A stretch of DNA of 35,517 nucleotides from a virus (Duplodnaviria > Caudoviricetes): positions 1 through 35,517 of the IMG/VR virus record IMGVR_UViG_3300037465_000689. One strand, given 5' to 3'. Shown one piece after another: positions 34,271 to 35,517 of this stretch; positions within the stretch are counted from its first letter, which is position 1, and each line of letters starts with the position of its first letter. The notes under the pieces were generated by a model. The model saw nothing but the letters and a program-made list of their open reading frames with translations. It made no database searches and was not told where the DNA came from. Made by a program: the position numbers and the translations under genes.

Positions 34271-34450
34271 GTCCAGGGGAGTCGGTGAACGCTTCGGGAG
34301 TAGAATCGCTCCCGGAGTAGATAGGTGGTAGGTTGCATGCGCGTACTGGGGCTTGACCCCGTCCAGGAGATTAACCCGCGCCTATCACCGAATGGTCACC
34401 CTAGGGCACCGACCCTGGATAGGAGAATGGGGACACCGACTCAGCACTCT
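34271..34450 (+). ncRNA. Putative IS110 bridge RNA
   Basis: Closing stem 34279-87/34434-42, 5' hairpin 34292-34317, and two parallel internal loops of form N7-CT/4-bp hairpin/N7-AG. Confidence 0.65.
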
Positions 34451-34491
34451 ACTCCATGTTGTCACAGCGCCACACAACGCGGAGGGGAGGC

Positions 34492-35517
34492 ATGGGGCGG
34501 TCGATCGGGGTGGATTTACACAAGACCAGTTTTACCGTGTGTTTCTACACGGCCGAAGAGGCGTACACGTTCAAGACGTACCGGATGAGTCGCATGGGGT
34601 TGGCGGCATTTCGGAAGCACCTGCAGCCCGACGATGAACTGGCAGTGGAATCCACGGGGAATACCGCGTTCTTCGTGCGGGAGATCCAAGCGGCCGTCAA
34701 GCGCGTGCGCATCGTCAACCCGGTGCAGTTCAAGGTCATCGCCAACTCGGTCAAGAAGACCGACCGCATCGATGCCCTCACGATTGCCCGCTTCTTGCGG
34801 CGAGATCTGATTCCTGAGGTGCGCATGCGCAGTCAAGAGGAATCGCAACGCAGCTCCCTGATCGGGACGCGGGATAAGTTCGTGAAACTGCGGACGGTCT
34901 TGAAGAACAAGCTCCACAGTATCCTCCACGCCAACGGGATCATGAGCAAACCCGAGATGTTCACGTCCGAGAAGGGGCTGAAGACGCTCCTGACGGTGCC
35001 GTTGGAGGGCTCGTACCGCTTCGAGGTCGGCTGGCTCGTGACCGAGATCCGGCACCTGAACGAGGCCGTCAAGCAGCTCGACGAGGAACTGAAGCGCCAA
35101 GGGCAGTCCTTGCCCGGTTATCAGAACTTGACGAGCATCAAGGGCATCAGCGATACCGGGGCGACGATTTTCTTGACCGCGATCGGCAACATCGCGGACT
35201 TCAAGGATGAGAAGGCCCTGGCGAGCTACTTCGGCATCGTCCCGCGCGTCTATCAGTCGAACCAGACCCTGCGGTACGGCCGGATCACGAAACAAGGCAA
35301 CAAGATCGCCCGGACCGCGCTGGTCCAGTCGACGCTCGTGGCCATCAAGTACAGTCCCTATCTCCGGGCCTTCTATGAGCAGGTGAAAGGTCGGCGCGGC
35401 AGTGGCAAGGCCATCATCGCCACGGCCCGGAAGCTGTTGGGGATCATCTACAACACCCTCAAGCACCATTGGGTGTTCGAGGACTTCACCACGTTCAAGT
35501 TAGCGACCAGTTCGTAA
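34492..35517 (+). CDS. IS110-family transposase/recombinase
   Basis: IGVDLHK, AVESTG, KTDRIDA (DEDD); G..P...QS serine loop; ITKQGN..AR; KAIIATARKL. GGAGG RBS. Confidence 0.96.
   Translation: MGRSIGVDLHKTSFTVCFYTAEEAYTFKTYRMSRMGLAAFRKHLQPDDELAVESTGNTAFFVREIQAAVKRVRIVNPVQFKVIANSVKKTDRIDALTIARFLRRDLIPEVRMRSQEESQRSSLIGTRDKFVKLRTVLKNKLHSILHANGIMSKPEMFTSEKGLKTLLTVPLEGSYRFEVGWLVTEIRHLNEAVKQLDEELKRQGQSLPGYQNLTSIKGISDTGATIFLTAIGNIADFKDEKALASYFGIVPRVYQSNQTLRYGRITKQGNKIARTALVQSTLVAIKYSPYLRAFYEQVKGRRGSGKAIIATARKLLGIIYNTLKHHWVFEDFTTFKLATSS

Larger units (their letters stand above)
34257..35517 (+). mobile_element. IS110-family insertion sequence (left boundary approximate, right end outside window)
   Basis: ~230-bp structured non-coding left end plus a DEDD transposase; no terminal IRs seen. 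Confidence 0.85.

Noticed and set aside
32211-34283. Short matches to the tRNA 3' end (CGGGGAGC at 32211; GTCCAGGGGAG at 34271) as possible attR
   Set aside because: Too short or gapped to beat chance in GC-rich DNA; the second lies in the IS110 non-coding end. attR is not identified.
873-35469. Many long ORFs antisense to or overlapping real genes (e.g. 873-2003+, 14900-16765-, 18506-20830-, 21078-23333-, 27684-29741-, 34516-35469-)
   Set aside because: Shadow ORFs expected in high-GC coding DNA; no motifs or RBS. Only 6369-7313 and the chaperone -1 frame have independent support.

Overview
Most of the window (about 960-34270) is a compact temperate siphovirus-like prophage next to a tRNA-Asn(GTT) gene. 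It is flanked on the left by the 3' end of an IS30-family element and a frameshifted host gene. On the right, an IS110-family element runs to the window edge, so no attR is visible. Modules from left to right: large serine integrase whose ORF reads antisense through the whole tRNA; immunity region; cro/replication/methylase/RusA early genes; adenine methylase-ParB-terminase; HK97-type head; non-contractile tail with a -1 frameshifted chaperone; repeat-rich tail accessory genes; membrane-protein cassette with no recognisable endolysin; RadC/small-ORF cluster. The most striking feature is the immunity switch. The gene in the CI position encodes an XRE HTH fused to an intact CheY-like receiver domain instead of a self-cleaving peptidase, and it is translationally coupled to a PilZ-domain protein. 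This suggests a lysis-lysogeny decision wired to host phosphorelay and c-di-GMP signalling. Other notable signals are a dual-frame (alpha/beta) C5 methyltransferase, a 5'-tRNA duplication with palindromic units, a repeated 50-bp motif in the right arm, and a bridge-RNA-like structure with readable guide loops in the IS110 left end. All calls are by eye from motifs and synteny; no database searches were run.
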